DNA from: a virus
Lineage: Duplodnaviria > Caudoviricetes
IMG/VR virus record: IMGVR_UViG_3300028805_000048
Direction: 5' to 3' (one strand)
Length of the DNA: 64,000 nt
Shown: positions 41,512 through 51,106 of the stretch, one piece after another
How the letters are laid out: the number at the start of each line of letters is the position of its first letter
Numbering within the stretch: the stretch's first letter is position 1
Program-made: the position numbers and the translations under genes
Notes under the pieces: generated by a model
The model's input: only the letters and a program-made list of their open reading frames with translations
What the model was told of the DNA's origin: nothing
The model's database searches: none

Positions 41512-42426
41512 TTATATTTCAAAATTAGATTTTTCTGGAAACATTGCATCCAGGAATTTATTTAATTTAGGAAATTTTAAATAGTTTCCAATAACATTAT
41601 CAAAAACACTTATCCAATTTTCTTTAAAATAAGCATCAGTTAAATCATATCCAGAAGATATTTTTACATCTTTTATTTTATGTGGTGCTGGTAAATTACT
41701 ATCCTTAAACATATTTTTATATAAAGTTCTTTTATGTAAAACACCAGATTGATTCATGAAATTTTTAATTGGACGCGTTTCTATAAATTTTAAATAATTT
41801 TCTTTATTAACCACAATAGGTAAATGTGATTCATAGTTATAATCTGTTTTAATCATACATTTTTCTAATAATTTTTCAGCATGTATAAAACCTTCTTGCC
41901 ATCTAGATCTTTTACTTTTTGCTTTCCATCTTCTTGCTTCATCCGAAATATAACCTAAGCAAACGTTTAAAGAATCTTCCCAATCATATATTGGACGTAT
42001 CGCTATAAAATCATCATTCATCAAAATAAAATTATCAGATATATCTTTACATTCACAAGCAGTTTTCCAATTCAAACAACTGTTTTTCCATTTGCTACCT
42101 ATTTTTTGACTTGTATGAATATATTCTACGTTTTTTAACCAAGAAGGTTTATATCCAACAATCCAAATTTTTCTAAAATAACAAAATTTTTCAATAGATC
42201 GTAATGACATTTTCAAATCTAAATTGTCTTCTGATTCTTTTACTATATAAACTAAATCATATTGACTATCAGATTCGATTACATTTTCATCGTCATCTTT
42301 ATCATAATTATAACAAAATTTTATTAATTCTAAAGCTCTATCTGAAAGTATTGTTCGCTTTTTTGTTAATTCTAGCTGTCTTGTTATCGCTTTTATACTT
42401 CCTGCAGCCGGTATTAATCCACCCAC
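41512..42426 (-). CDS. Stealth-family-like (hexose-1-phosphate transferase-like) protein
   Basis: DLVY, LKMSLRSIEK...KIWIVG.KPSWL, FILMNDD motifs resembling Stealth CR1/CR2. Confidence 0.65.
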   Translation of the reverse strand: MGGLIPAAGSIKAITRQLELTKKRTILSDRALELIKFCYNYDKDDDENVIESDSQYDLVYIVKESEDNLDLKMSLRSIEKFCYFRKIWIVGYKPSWLKNVEYIHTSQKIGSKWKNSCLNWKTACECKDISDNFILMNDDFIAIRPIYDWEDSLNVCLGYISDEARRWKAKSKRSRWQEGFIHAEKLLEKCMIKTDYNYESHLPIVVNKENYLKFIETRPIKNFMNQSGVLHKRTLYKNMFKDSNLPAPHKIKDVKISSGYDLTDAYFKENWISVFDNVIGNYLKFPKLNKFLDAMFPEKSNFEI

Positions 42427-42448
42427 TTCCTTTCTCCTTTTATATAGA

Positions 42449-43312
42449 TTAACCTATAAAACCTCTTTTTTGTTTATCTAAGCTATGATATTTTGGATTC
42501 CATCCAATATCACTAGATCCATCATATTCTATTTCTTCTAATTCTTTGATTAATCTTTTAACACGTTGTTGAGCAGCATATGTATTAAATTCATCTAATA
42601 AATCTTTAAGAGTATTAATATCATATTGTATATCATTTTTAAATTCTTTTATTCTATCACCTTTTGGATTATTTGCTTGATTTACTATCAATTGTTCTAT
42701 TTCTTCTTTTTCTTCTTGTGTAAATTCGTATTTGTTAGCCACATTGGCCAATCCCCTGTCAACATCCTCGGCAGAAAGTTCATTAGTAGAAAGAGGATCA
42801 AGTAAATTAATAATATCTTCATATTGTTCATCCGTCAGTGTGTATTTACTCGCAATTAATTGTGCTATATTTTCAGCATCATATGTTCTATCTTCTGGTA
42901 CATTTTCATCTAAATTAACACTTTCTGTCTGTAATTCTTTTTCTTCTGTTTTATCTTCTTCGTTGTCATTTTCTTTATCTTCGCCAGATTTAGCTTCTTC
43001 TACACCGTCTGCATATTTTTCTTTTAAATCAGGCGCTTGGCTTACCTTTTCATTTAATTGAGCAAGATGTTTGATTTCTTCATTTTTTATATCTATCAAT
43101 GTATCGTGAAATAAATTAACTAAATTTTTATTACTGATTTTAGATTCAATAGCAAGAATTTGTTCATATTCAACAATTGCACCGGTTTCACTAGCGATAG
43201 CTTTTAGTATTGCTTCAACATATTGTTTATCATGTGATAAATCTATTTGATTTACTTCTAACGGATTAGCATCTGTTTCAGTTAATAATTTTTTCTTTGG
43301 AATAAAACGCAT
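42449..43312 (-). CDS. Acidic protein with N-terminal ferritin-like domain, likely head-associated
   Basis: SETGAIVEYEQ and EEIKH (ExxH) helices; own GTTCTA motif at 43355. Confidence 0.55.
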   Translation of the reverse strand: MRFIPKKKLLTETDANPLEVNQIDLSHDKQYVEAILKAIASETGAIVEYEQILAIESKISNKNLVNLFHDTLIDIKNEEIKHLAQLNEKVSQAPDLKEKYADGVEEAKSGEDKENDNEEDKTEEKELQTESVNLDENVPEDRTYDAENIAQLIASKYTLTDEQYEDIINLLDPLSTNELSAEDVDRGLANVANKYEFTQEEKEEIEQLIVNQANNPKGDRIKEFKNDIQYDINTLKDLLDEFNTYAAQQRVKRLIKELEEIEYDGSSDIGWNPKYHSLDKQKRGFIG

Positions 43313-43391
43313 AATTTATTACTCTTATATAATGAAAGTTAAAACTTATTTATATAGAACTAAGATAAAAAATATGTTTGAGAATATAAAA

Positions 43392-43415
43392 AATCCCTAG
43401 ATTTATCTAGGGATT
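43392..43415 (-). terminator. Intrinsic terminator
   Basis: AATCCCTAGAT/ATCTAGGGATT perfect stem with T run on the - strand. Confidence 0.75.
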
Positions 43416-43450
43416 CATTCTTGCTATAATGGAGAAAAACAATAGCAAAA

Positions 43451-44365
43451 TTATTTAGCCAAAGGATTATACCAATTCAAAAATTGTTCCATATTAAAAA
43501 ATTCAATCCAATTAAGATTATTTTTCTTAGCAATTTCTCGTTTTAAAGGATCTTTGTAAACCCATGTATCTATTGCAGAATTATACTTTTTATATCCTAA
43601 GTGTAATTTATAATTCCATTCATTTAATATTTTTTGATGTCTCTTATTATTTTCATTATATGGACCAAGAATATCTTTTTCACTTATTTTACCATGTGTC
43701 CAATATCCTTGATATTCAATATAAAGATTTAATTCAGGAATGTAAAAATCACAGTGAAATGGATATAAATCAGATATATATTGTCGTTTAACTTCTTTAA
43801 ATACTTTTCTAAGTAAAAAATATATTTTTTCTTCATCTTTTGATGAATTGATTGTATTATTTATTTTTTCTGTTTCTATCTTTTTTCTTTTTATTTCTTC
43901 TAATTTACTTATATTATCTACACCATACTTTTCTATAATTTTAAGTTTTATTTTTTCATTTATTTCTTTACTAGCAAAACCTGTTCCACCATATTTCTTT
44001 AAATTTGTTTCTTTTACTTTTTCTTGTATCGATTTGAGTTTCGATGGTCTTTCAATTCCATAACGTTCTAGACAAGTTTGTTTAAGTTTTTTATCACATT
44101 CTAATATTTCTTCTTTTGTTCTATTTTTTCTTTTTTCTGAAAGATATCTTTTTCCTTCTTCTGTACAAGTATATGATTTGACACCATATTTCCTTAAACA
44201 AGTCTTTTTTATATTTTTTGCTACCAATTTTGGTGATTTCTTTATTTGCAATTCTTTCATTAATTTTTTAAATTTTTTTAAATTTATTCCAAGTATTTCT
44301 AGCATTTCATTTCTAGACTTGTTTTGTATGATATACAAATTATATATTTCTTCTTTCGTTAGCAT
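43451..44365 (-). mobile_element. Free-standing homing-endonuclease-like gene (KYG repeats plus Vsr/PD-(D/E)XK-like nuclease)
   Basis: Repeated KxTCLxKYGV motifs; CDFYIPELNLYIEYQGYWTH nuclease motif. Confidence 0.75.
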
Positions 44366-44431
44366 TAAAAAAAACCTCTATAATTAATAGAACTACTATA
44401 GAGGTTTTTTAATAATTATTTTAAAGAAAAT

Positions 44432-45316
44432 TTATTGCGGTAATGGATAATTATCGCTCATTTTATCTTTATAATAAACGTTGTTATCACCTAATTTCAA
44501 TACAATTGTTTCAACTTTTAATTCTTTAGGTAATAATTTTTCATCAATTTGAGATACTTTATAAGCATCATTGTGATTTTTGTCATAAACTTGATCAACA
44601 TGAAGAGCTTCAGAACCTTCACCTATTTCTTTCTTCAAAGTAGTAAGAACATTAGAAGCGTTAATTCTAGTATCTGGATTCCAATCACGAGGACCAGCAT
44701 AATCAGATTCTGCTAAAAATTCATTGTGTTCTTTAATCCACTCATCAGCTTCTTCTTCAGTATCACAAATAGAAGCTATTTTACCGTCTTCACCAATAAT
44801 TTCATAATCACCAGAAGCATTACGTCTTGTTGTGTATTTTTTCGGTTTTTCACCTGATTCATTGAAAGCAATGAGATATTCTTCACATGTTTTACCGCCA
44901 AGAATCTTATCTACATATCTTCCTAAATAAGATTCACCAAATTCAAGAATATGTAATGCTTTCTCTTCTTCGTGCGGATGATGACAATGATGTTCATGAT
45001 CTTCTTGATTTTCTACATCGACAGAAATATCAACCATATCATCAGCCAAATCGTTCATCGTGTTGATTATAGAAGATGCGTCAGTTTGTGTTTCTTCTTT
45101 ACCTTCAAAATCAGTATCATTTGACATTGCTGCTGTATTCACAAGATTATTTTTGTCTGTGATTTCTTCAGGAGAAAATTCTCCAGGATTAGCGTTAGCC
45201 ATACCCATATCATCAAAAGATGATACGATATTATTAGCAAGCATTTCTTTACTACTGTCAATACCCTCAGATAAAACAGAAACGCCAGCATTAATCAATC
45301 GTTCACGTAAACTCAT
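44432..45316 (-). CDS. Acidic hypothetical protein, possible prohead core / internal protein
   Basis: Very acidic; hydrophobic-x-E-S/G motifs; own GTTCTA motif at 45362. Confidence 0.45.
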   Translation of the reverse strand: MSLRERLINAGVSVLSEGIDSSKEMLANNIVSSFDDMGMANANPGEFSPEEITDKNNLVNTAAMSNDTDFEGKEETQTDASSIINTMNDLADDMVDISVDVENQEDHEHHCHHPHEEEKALHILEFGESYLGRYVDKILGGKTCEEYLIAFNESGEKPKKYTTRRNASGDYEIIGEDGKIASICDTEEEADEWIKEHNEFLAESDYAGPRDWNPDTRINASNVLTTLKKEIGEGSEALHVDQVYDKNHNDAYKVSQIDEKLLPKELKVETIVLKLGDNNVYYKDKMSDNYPLPQ

Positions 45317-45392
45317 TATATTATTTTCCTGTTAACATTTGAAATATATTTCTTTTATCATTAGAACTAACAATATTTATGTATAACTTTAT

Positions 45393-45671
45393 CTATTTAC
45401 TCGGAATAAATCCAGGACAAAGAGTTACTATTTTACCATCTTTAGATTTCGCATACATTGCGCATTGTGGTTTGCCATTCTTTATCCAATTTCTACAAAG
45501 ATTTATATGAAAATGACTATAACAATTATGTGATTCTGTAAAATATCTACAAGAGCATTTGTGTAAAGATTTATCTACAAAATGAGTTTCTATTAATACA
45601 CCAGATATTTTTTCATCAATTAAATATCCAACTAATTCTTCGTTTTCATATTTTTCACGTATCAAATACAT
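45393..45671 (-). CDS. Small SWIM-type zinc-finger protein
   Basis: CSC...HFH. Confidence 0.45.
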   Translation of the reverse strand: MYLIREKYENEELVGYLIDEKISGVLIETHFVDKSLHKCSCRYFTESHNCYSHFHINLCRNWIKNGKPQCAMYAKSKDGKIVTLCPGFIPSK

Positions 45672-45687
45672 TATTTTCCTTCAACAG

Positions 45688-46578
45688 TTATGATTTCTTA
45701 TTTATTGTATATATAAGATGTCCTTTGTTTACATACTTTTTATCAAGTAATATAAAATCAAAAACACGTCTTTTGAATTTTTTAAATACATTAATTCTTT
45801 GATTTATGTCTTTTAACTTATCTTGTGTTAAATTTTCTTTAGATAGCAAATTGTAAATTCCAAAATTCATCCAATATATTTTAAATTCAGTATATTTTAA
45901 TAAAGATTTATAATTTTTAAACATTTCTTTAATATCTTCAAATGTTTTACCTTCTAATAAAAGTGTATTTGCCAATTCTCTCGCTCTAGCATCTATTTCT
46001 TGATAACTAGCTAAATATTTTAAATTTTGATAACTAGTTTGTAATTCGTCAGGATTTATACCAGGTTGAATTTTTTCTTGTTTATTAAATTGATCAATGT
46101 GAGTTATTTCATGTGTATATATTTTATATAAATCTTCAATTAACTGATTAAATTGAATATCTGTTGATAAAATATTTAAATTTTTTACAATAAATATAAA
46201 TCTAGAATTTACGTATATACGAATTATTCCATCAGAATCAGCATCACTATTCAATATTCCAGAATTTGGATATCTAGGTTTACTATTATATGGTGAATTT
46301 GTTCCAAACTCAATATTAGCTTTTAAAAATTCAGAATTTAAATTATCTATTATATCTTCATCATCGATTTCGTTTAATTTTCTACAATTATATATAACTT
46401 TAATTATACTAGCTTTAATGTTTTCTGGGGTTAATTTTAATTCATTATAAGTTTCTTTCAAAATCATTGAATGAATAATCATATTTTCATATAAAGATTC
46501 TATTGTGTCTTCTATATATGATAGCACACTAATAGCTTCTCTATATTCAACTAATTTATTTTTTTCTTCTTCAATCAT
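45688..46578 (-). CDS. Putative HEXXH metalloprotease-like protein
   Basis: THEITHIDQ...Y...EIDARARE. Confidence 0.55.
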   Translation of the reverse strand: MIEEEKNKLVEYREAISVLSYIEDTIESLYENMIIHSMILKETYNELKLTPENIKASIIKVIYNCRKLNEIDDEDIIDNLNSEFLKANIEFGTNSPYNSKPRYPNSGILNSDADSDGIIRIYVNSRFIFIVKNLNILSTDIQFNQLIEDLYKIYTHEITHIDQFNKQEKIQPGINPDELQTSYQNLKYLASYQEIDARARELANTLLLEGKTFEDIKEMFKNYKSLLKYTEFKIYWMNFGIYNLLSKENLTQDKLKDINQRINVFKKFKRRVFDFILLDKKYVNKGHLIYTINKKS

Positions 46579-46620
46579 TTTTTAATCCAGATAAAAAGTT
46601 ATATATTAGAACCTATAAAA

Positions 46621-46654
46621 AAGAAGAGTTAAGTATATAAACTCAACTCTTCTT
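46621..46654 (-). terminator. Intrinsic terminator
   Basis: AAGAAGAGTT/AACTCTTCTT stem. Confidence 0.7.
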
Positions 46655-46683
46655 AATGTATTTGGAAATTTTTTAATTAAATA

Positions 46684-47745
46684 TTAACCGAAAAATCTCT
46701 TTGTGAAACGATTTTCACCAGCTTCAGCAATGAAATTGTTTGCATCAACTGATTCTTTAAATACGGCAACAAATTTACCATATTTACTATCGAAAACTTT
46801 AACACATTCGTTAAGTCTCTTATCACCAAAGGTAGAAACGATCTTAGCAGCTTTTTCTTCTTTAACGCCAGCTTTTTCTAATGATTCAACCAATGTCATA
46901 TAATCTTTACCAGATTTAGTTGATTCTTCGTATTTACCTAAGCAAGATTCAACTTGATCCATATCAACTTCATCATCAAAAGTTTCATCTTCCATAGCCG
47001 GAACTGGAGTATCGTCAAAAGCATCAAAAGATTCTTCATCATCCCATTCTTCTTCAGGATAAATTTCACCAAGATTATCATCTTCATTGAAAGCACCCAT
47101 ATAATGACCTGCTTCATTTAAAGCATATTCTAATTTACCTGGTTTAATTGAACCTTTAAGAGAAGATACACGAGCAGCAAAATCTTTGTAATTATCAAAG
47201 CTTTCTTTCTTAACACCCATCAATTTAACGTTTGCCATATTAATTGGAGTAGCTTCTTCAGCAATCACAACAGATTCACAAGCTAACATTTTGTGAGCTT
47301 TAATTGTATTTTCTGCAAACTTTTTATATTTATCTTCAACAGATTCTTTCTTTTCATCATCCACAGAAACTTCAGCAACTTCAATGTTATCATCTTCAGT
47401 GTCACCCAAAGCATCAACAACATCGTCTACTTCCTCACCATCGAGAACAGCATCTAAAGCAGGTTTTTCTACAAAATCTACATCAGATAATTCGTCAGCA
47501 GAAGCAACAACATCTGCAACTTTTTGAGCAATTTCAGGATCAGAAATTACAACTACTGCAGCAGAACCATCGAGAACAAGATTACCTTCTTCATCACCGC
47601 CGACATCAACTGTTTCACCAGCGTCAAATTCTACATCGCCTTCATCTGTTTCACAAATTAATTTACGAGTCACAATCCAGTTTTTGGATTCTTGTAATTT
47701 AGCACGAGCTACTCTCGCTGCTAAACGATTTAAATATTTAGCCAT
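46684..47745 (-). CDS. Acidic prohead core / scaffold-like protein
   Basis: Highly acidic; many x-x-E-S/A motifs (LQES, LNEA, LVES, FKES); two upstream GTTCTA motifs. Confidence 0.5.
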   Translation of the reverse strand: MAKYLNRLAARVARAKLQESKNWIVTRKLICETDEGDVEFDAGETVDVGGDEEGNLVLDGSAAVVVISDPEIAQKVADVVASADELSDVDFVEKPALDAVLDGEEVDDVVDALGDTEDDNIEVAEVSVDDEKKESVEDKYKKFAENTIKAHKMLACESVVIAEEATPINMANVKLMGVKKESFDNYKDFAARVSSLKGSIKPGKLEYALNEAGHYMGAFNEDDNLGEIYPEEEWDDEESFDAFDDTPVPAMEDETFDDEVDMDQVESCLGKYEESTKSGKDYMTLVESLEKAGVKEEKAAKIVSTFGDKRLNECVKVFDSKYGKFVAVFKESVDANNFIAEAGENRFTKRFFG

Positions 47746-47844
47746 TTAAACACTTCCTATTAATTAATAAAAATTTAAACACCAAAAACTAGAACTTTTT
47801 AAAACATTGTATAAACTAGAAAATTATTTAAAATTTAGAACTAT

Positions 47845-49104
47845 TTATTTTTCAGAATTATTTATTTTCTTATATAACCTACCAATTTTCCATTCATCTC
47901 CGTCTGGAATAGTATATTTAAGTACAGATATTTTACCATTATTAAACCAGTGTTTACCTTTAGCGGCTTTTGACAATTTATTTCTGTATTCAGCAGTACT
48001 TGTAGCCTCTGTTCTTTTTTTATTCCATTCTTTTTTATTTAGCTCATTTGAAAGAAATTTACGTAAACCATCTTTTAGTTTTTGTTTTTCCTCTTTTTTT
48101 GTCATTCTTTCTTTCATTGAATTACTTATTTTTTCTCTATGCTCAGGATTTTTCCATGTTTCTTTTCTACATTTAGATATTTTTTCTCTATATTCTTCGT
48201 TTTTCCATAACTCTTTGGCATTTTTAGATCTTTTTTGTTTTAATTCTTCAGATATTTCATGTGGAATATATGCATCTATTCCTTGTATTCTTAATGTTAA
48301 ATTGTATCCATTTGGTGATAAAGTATTATATTTTTGTATATAAAATATTTCTTTTTCACTTAATTCTTTTTGTGAGCTAGCGTAATCTAATATTTCTCTT
48401 TTTAATATTGAAGTTCCATATTTTTTAACAATGTTTAAAATTAATTTTCCAGAACCATAATAATTATCATTTAATTTATAGCCACGATGCTGCCCGACAT
48501 ATTGTTTATTATGTAATATATCTGTAATTAAATAAATGTATCCAAATTTTCCATTTCCATTCCATATATATGTTCCTTGTCCTTTTTCATCTATTTTATA
48601 ATTCCAACCTTCACGTAACATTATTTTTTCATTATCAGTTCCCTTACCGTCGGTAGTTCCTATTAATTTATCTGGACCAAATTGACGAAGAAGATTATCT
48701 GTTATAAATTTATTATTTTTATACCAGATTTTACTACCTTTTGATACACGTAATAATTTAAAATTTAATTTATCATAAACATCGCCAGTAAAATAATTAT
48801 AATCACAGTATGAAATTATTGAACATGGCTTATAGTTATTTACAAAATAATTAAACATTTTCATTGCTCCTCCGATTATCCTATAATCTGGATGAAAACA
48901 CAACCTCAATAATTCCCATTGATATGTTTTATTATAGCGTGGATATCCAAAAGTCATTACTGCAATTAAAATTGAATTATATATCAAGCCTATATGATAT
49001 ATAGCTGTTACATTTTTTTGCCTATGATATTTATTTAAAAATTCAGATGTATCTTTTTCTGTTAATTCATTAATGATGCACTTTCTAGCGCCTATCTTAA
49101 TCAT
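47845..49104 (-). mobile_element. GIY-YIG homing endonuclease with N-terminal Mom/GNAT-like domain
   Basis: GYIY...YVGQ...YYGSG nuclease; N-terminal FLNKYH...VMTFG.PR...WELLR...IISYCD...GDVY; basic helical tail ending GKHWFNNG. Confidence 0.8.
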
Positions 49105-49131
49105 TTCTTACTCCACAAGTTTCAGTTTATT

Positions 49132-49160
49132 ATATTATATTAAATGTGTTTATTTGTAAA
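49132..49160 (-). promoter_or_regulatory. Sigma70-type / early promoter
   Basis: TTTACA-N17-TAATAT; TTTACA-N17-TA also occurs at 59070, 61884 and about 62788 on the + strand. Confidence 0.5.
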
Positions 49161-49163
49161 GCT

Positions 49164-50144
49164 TTAATTTATTATAATTCTATTTCCTCTTTCATCATTC
49201 TCAACGACAAGATGCATACGAATGTTTTCAATGAGTTTATTTGGAATAGGTTCATCTGTTATCGTTGCCCATGTATCAATAACAAAAGATGTTCCATATA
49301 TATAACCTTCTCCTTTAAGTTTATCTTTAGAAACTGGATAACGCTCTATATTAGGAATACCAAATACTGTAAATATTTGATTTTCATGATTGTCTATCGT
49401 CGGCGATTTATAAGTCCACCATATTTTACTATCCCAAACACGTAACATTAACTTATCACGTATGTATTGTAATTCGTCTTTATTGTCACACAGAATTACA
49501 GCACTATATTTACAAGTTATTGCTTTACCTTTGAATATTTTAGCTGTTTTTTCACCAGCTATTCTGAGGTCTGAAACAGGAAACCATACACGTGTCTTTT
49601 CTGTAATTTGATCAAACGAATCTTTAGTAATAGGTCTTCCATTTACAGCGATCGAACAAAGCGTAACCCCATTTTCTTGACGTATATCATCTATCTCACC
49701 ACTTAATCCACGATATTTGTTATTCATCGAAGCTATAACAACATGATCACCGATTTCCCAATCTTTATCTTCGTGAGGAATTTCGAATAACCATTGCTTT
49801 ACTCTGTTACCACTTCCCCAGAAAACCGTATCTACATCTTCTTGTTTATATGCTAATAAAGGATAAGAAATATCAGTATTCTTTTCACCGTTTATATTTT
49901 TTCTTAAAAGATAAACGTCAAATATTTCTTCCGTAGTCATTTCATCAACTTGAAATATTCTCGTTTTATCCCAAAGATAATTTGAATTTCCTTCTTTTAC
50001 AATATTGTTTTGTTCTCTAGATTTATCTCTTGGATCAGCAACACGCATTTGATGCATTAAAATTGATTTAAATGCAATATCTATTTCATTTAAAGAACTA
50101 TGAAATTTACTATTTGAAGGTATATCTAATGTGATGTCTGGCAT
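49164..50144 (-). CDS. Possible tail terminator / completion protein (gp15-like) with KOW/SH3-like insert
   Basis: SYPLLAY motif, size, GTTCTA at 50177; IGDHVVIA...YRGLSGEI KOW-like segment. Confidence 0.4.
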   Translation of the reverse strand: MPDITLDIPSNSKFHSSLNEIDIAFKSILMHQMRVADPRDKSREQNNIVKEGNSNYLWDKTRIFQVDEMTTEEIFDVYLLRKNINGEKNTDISYPLLAYKQEDVDTVFWGSGNRVKQWLFEIPHEDKDWEIGDHVVIASMNNKYRGLSGEIDDIRQENGVTLCSIAVNGRPITKDSFDQITEKTRVWFPVSDLRIAGEKTAKIFKGKAITCKYSAVILCDNKDELQYIRDKLMLRVWDSKIWWTYKSPTIDNHENQIFTVFGIPNIERYPVSKDKLKGEGYIYGTSFVIDTWATITDEPIPNKLIENIRMHLVVENDERGNRIIIN

Positions 50145-50207
50145 ATCATATTCTCACTATTTATAAAATATAATATTAGAACTTTATGAGGATTATTTAT
50201 TTCAGCA

Positions 50208-51095
50208 CTATTGTTTTCCAAATAATTCATCTGTTGAACTACAAAAGCATAATTTATTTGTTAGTTTACTAATTTCTTTTGCTTGATTTCTATCGCTTTC
50301 TATAAACAATTGTATATCTTTTAATTTTTTATAATTTTCAGCTTTAAATTTTGCATGTAAATTTAAACGCTTACGCTGTTCTGCTGTATAACCAGAAAGC
50401 ATAATCAAATGATCATATTGAACATTATTGTTTCTTAACCATTCTTCTGTTTCTTTTCTATATTTTTCTAAGCGTGATGTGATTATATATGGAATTTTAT
50501 ATTGTGGAATGAATAACGGCTTAGCATTTAATAAGAATTGTTTATAATTTTCTCCATCATCATTTTCTTTATTAGTAGGATCAAAACATAACACTCCATC
50601 GATATCAAATGCGGCGTCTTGTAAAAAACAGTGATTTAAATAATTCCATTGAAATAATCTAGGTGAAGATACCTTTTCGAAAGCTATATTTACAAAATCT
50701 TTGTAATTGTCGTTTTTGTAATATATTGCAAGATATTTTATATTATATTTTTTATCTATTCCATTATCAATGAGCAACTTTTTTGTTTCAGAAATAGCTT
50801 TACCTGACAAAATGGAATCATCGACGATCAAAACATCACTTGTTTCATTGGAAAATTTTATCCTATGCGTTGTTTTAGATTTATAATCTTCATTTATCAA
50901 TTCACGTAATGTACATACTTGTTTAGATAGCATCATTCCTAACATATTGGCTGGTATCATACCACTTCTTGGAATTCCAACAATAAGATCTATTTTATTT
51001 GGTAATTTATATAAGTTTTTCTTTAAATCAAGTGATAGATCTTGATATGTTTTATAATTTAATGATTTTGTGTTTATGTTAAATGTGTTATACAT
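50208..51095 (-). CDS. Phosphoribosyltransferase fused to HAD-like phosphatase
   Basis: IVGIPRSG, VLIVDDSILSG PRPP-binding loop; FDIDGVL, ITSR, FIES HAD motifs. Confidence 0.85.
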   Translation of the reverse strand: MYNTFNINTKSLNYKTYQDLSLDLKKNLYKLPNKIDLIVGIPRSGMIPANMLGMMLSKQVCTLRELINEDYKSKTTHRIKFSNETSDVLIVDDSILSGKAISETKKLLIDNGIDKKYNIKYLAIYYKNDNYKDFVNIAFEKVSSPRLFQWNYLNHCFLQDAAFDIDGVLCFDPTNKENDDGENYKQFLLNAKPLFIPQYKIPYIITSRLEKYRKETEEWLRNNNVQYDHLIMLSGYTAEQRKRLNLHAKFKAENYKKLKDIQLFIESDRNQAKEISKLTNKLCFCSSTDELFGKQ

Positions 51096-51106
51096 TTTAT
51101 CCTTCT

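Noticed and set aside
47807-48343. 178-aa + strand hydrophobic ORF
   Set aside because: Antisense shadow of the Lys/Glu-rich endonuclease tail; the same applies to most short antisense ORFs in the track (e.g. 3639-3971, 42732-43061, 58480-58902)
43451-49104. Group I introns around the two free-standing endonucleases
   Set aside because: Flanking genes appear complete and the intergenic gaps are too short for intron cores
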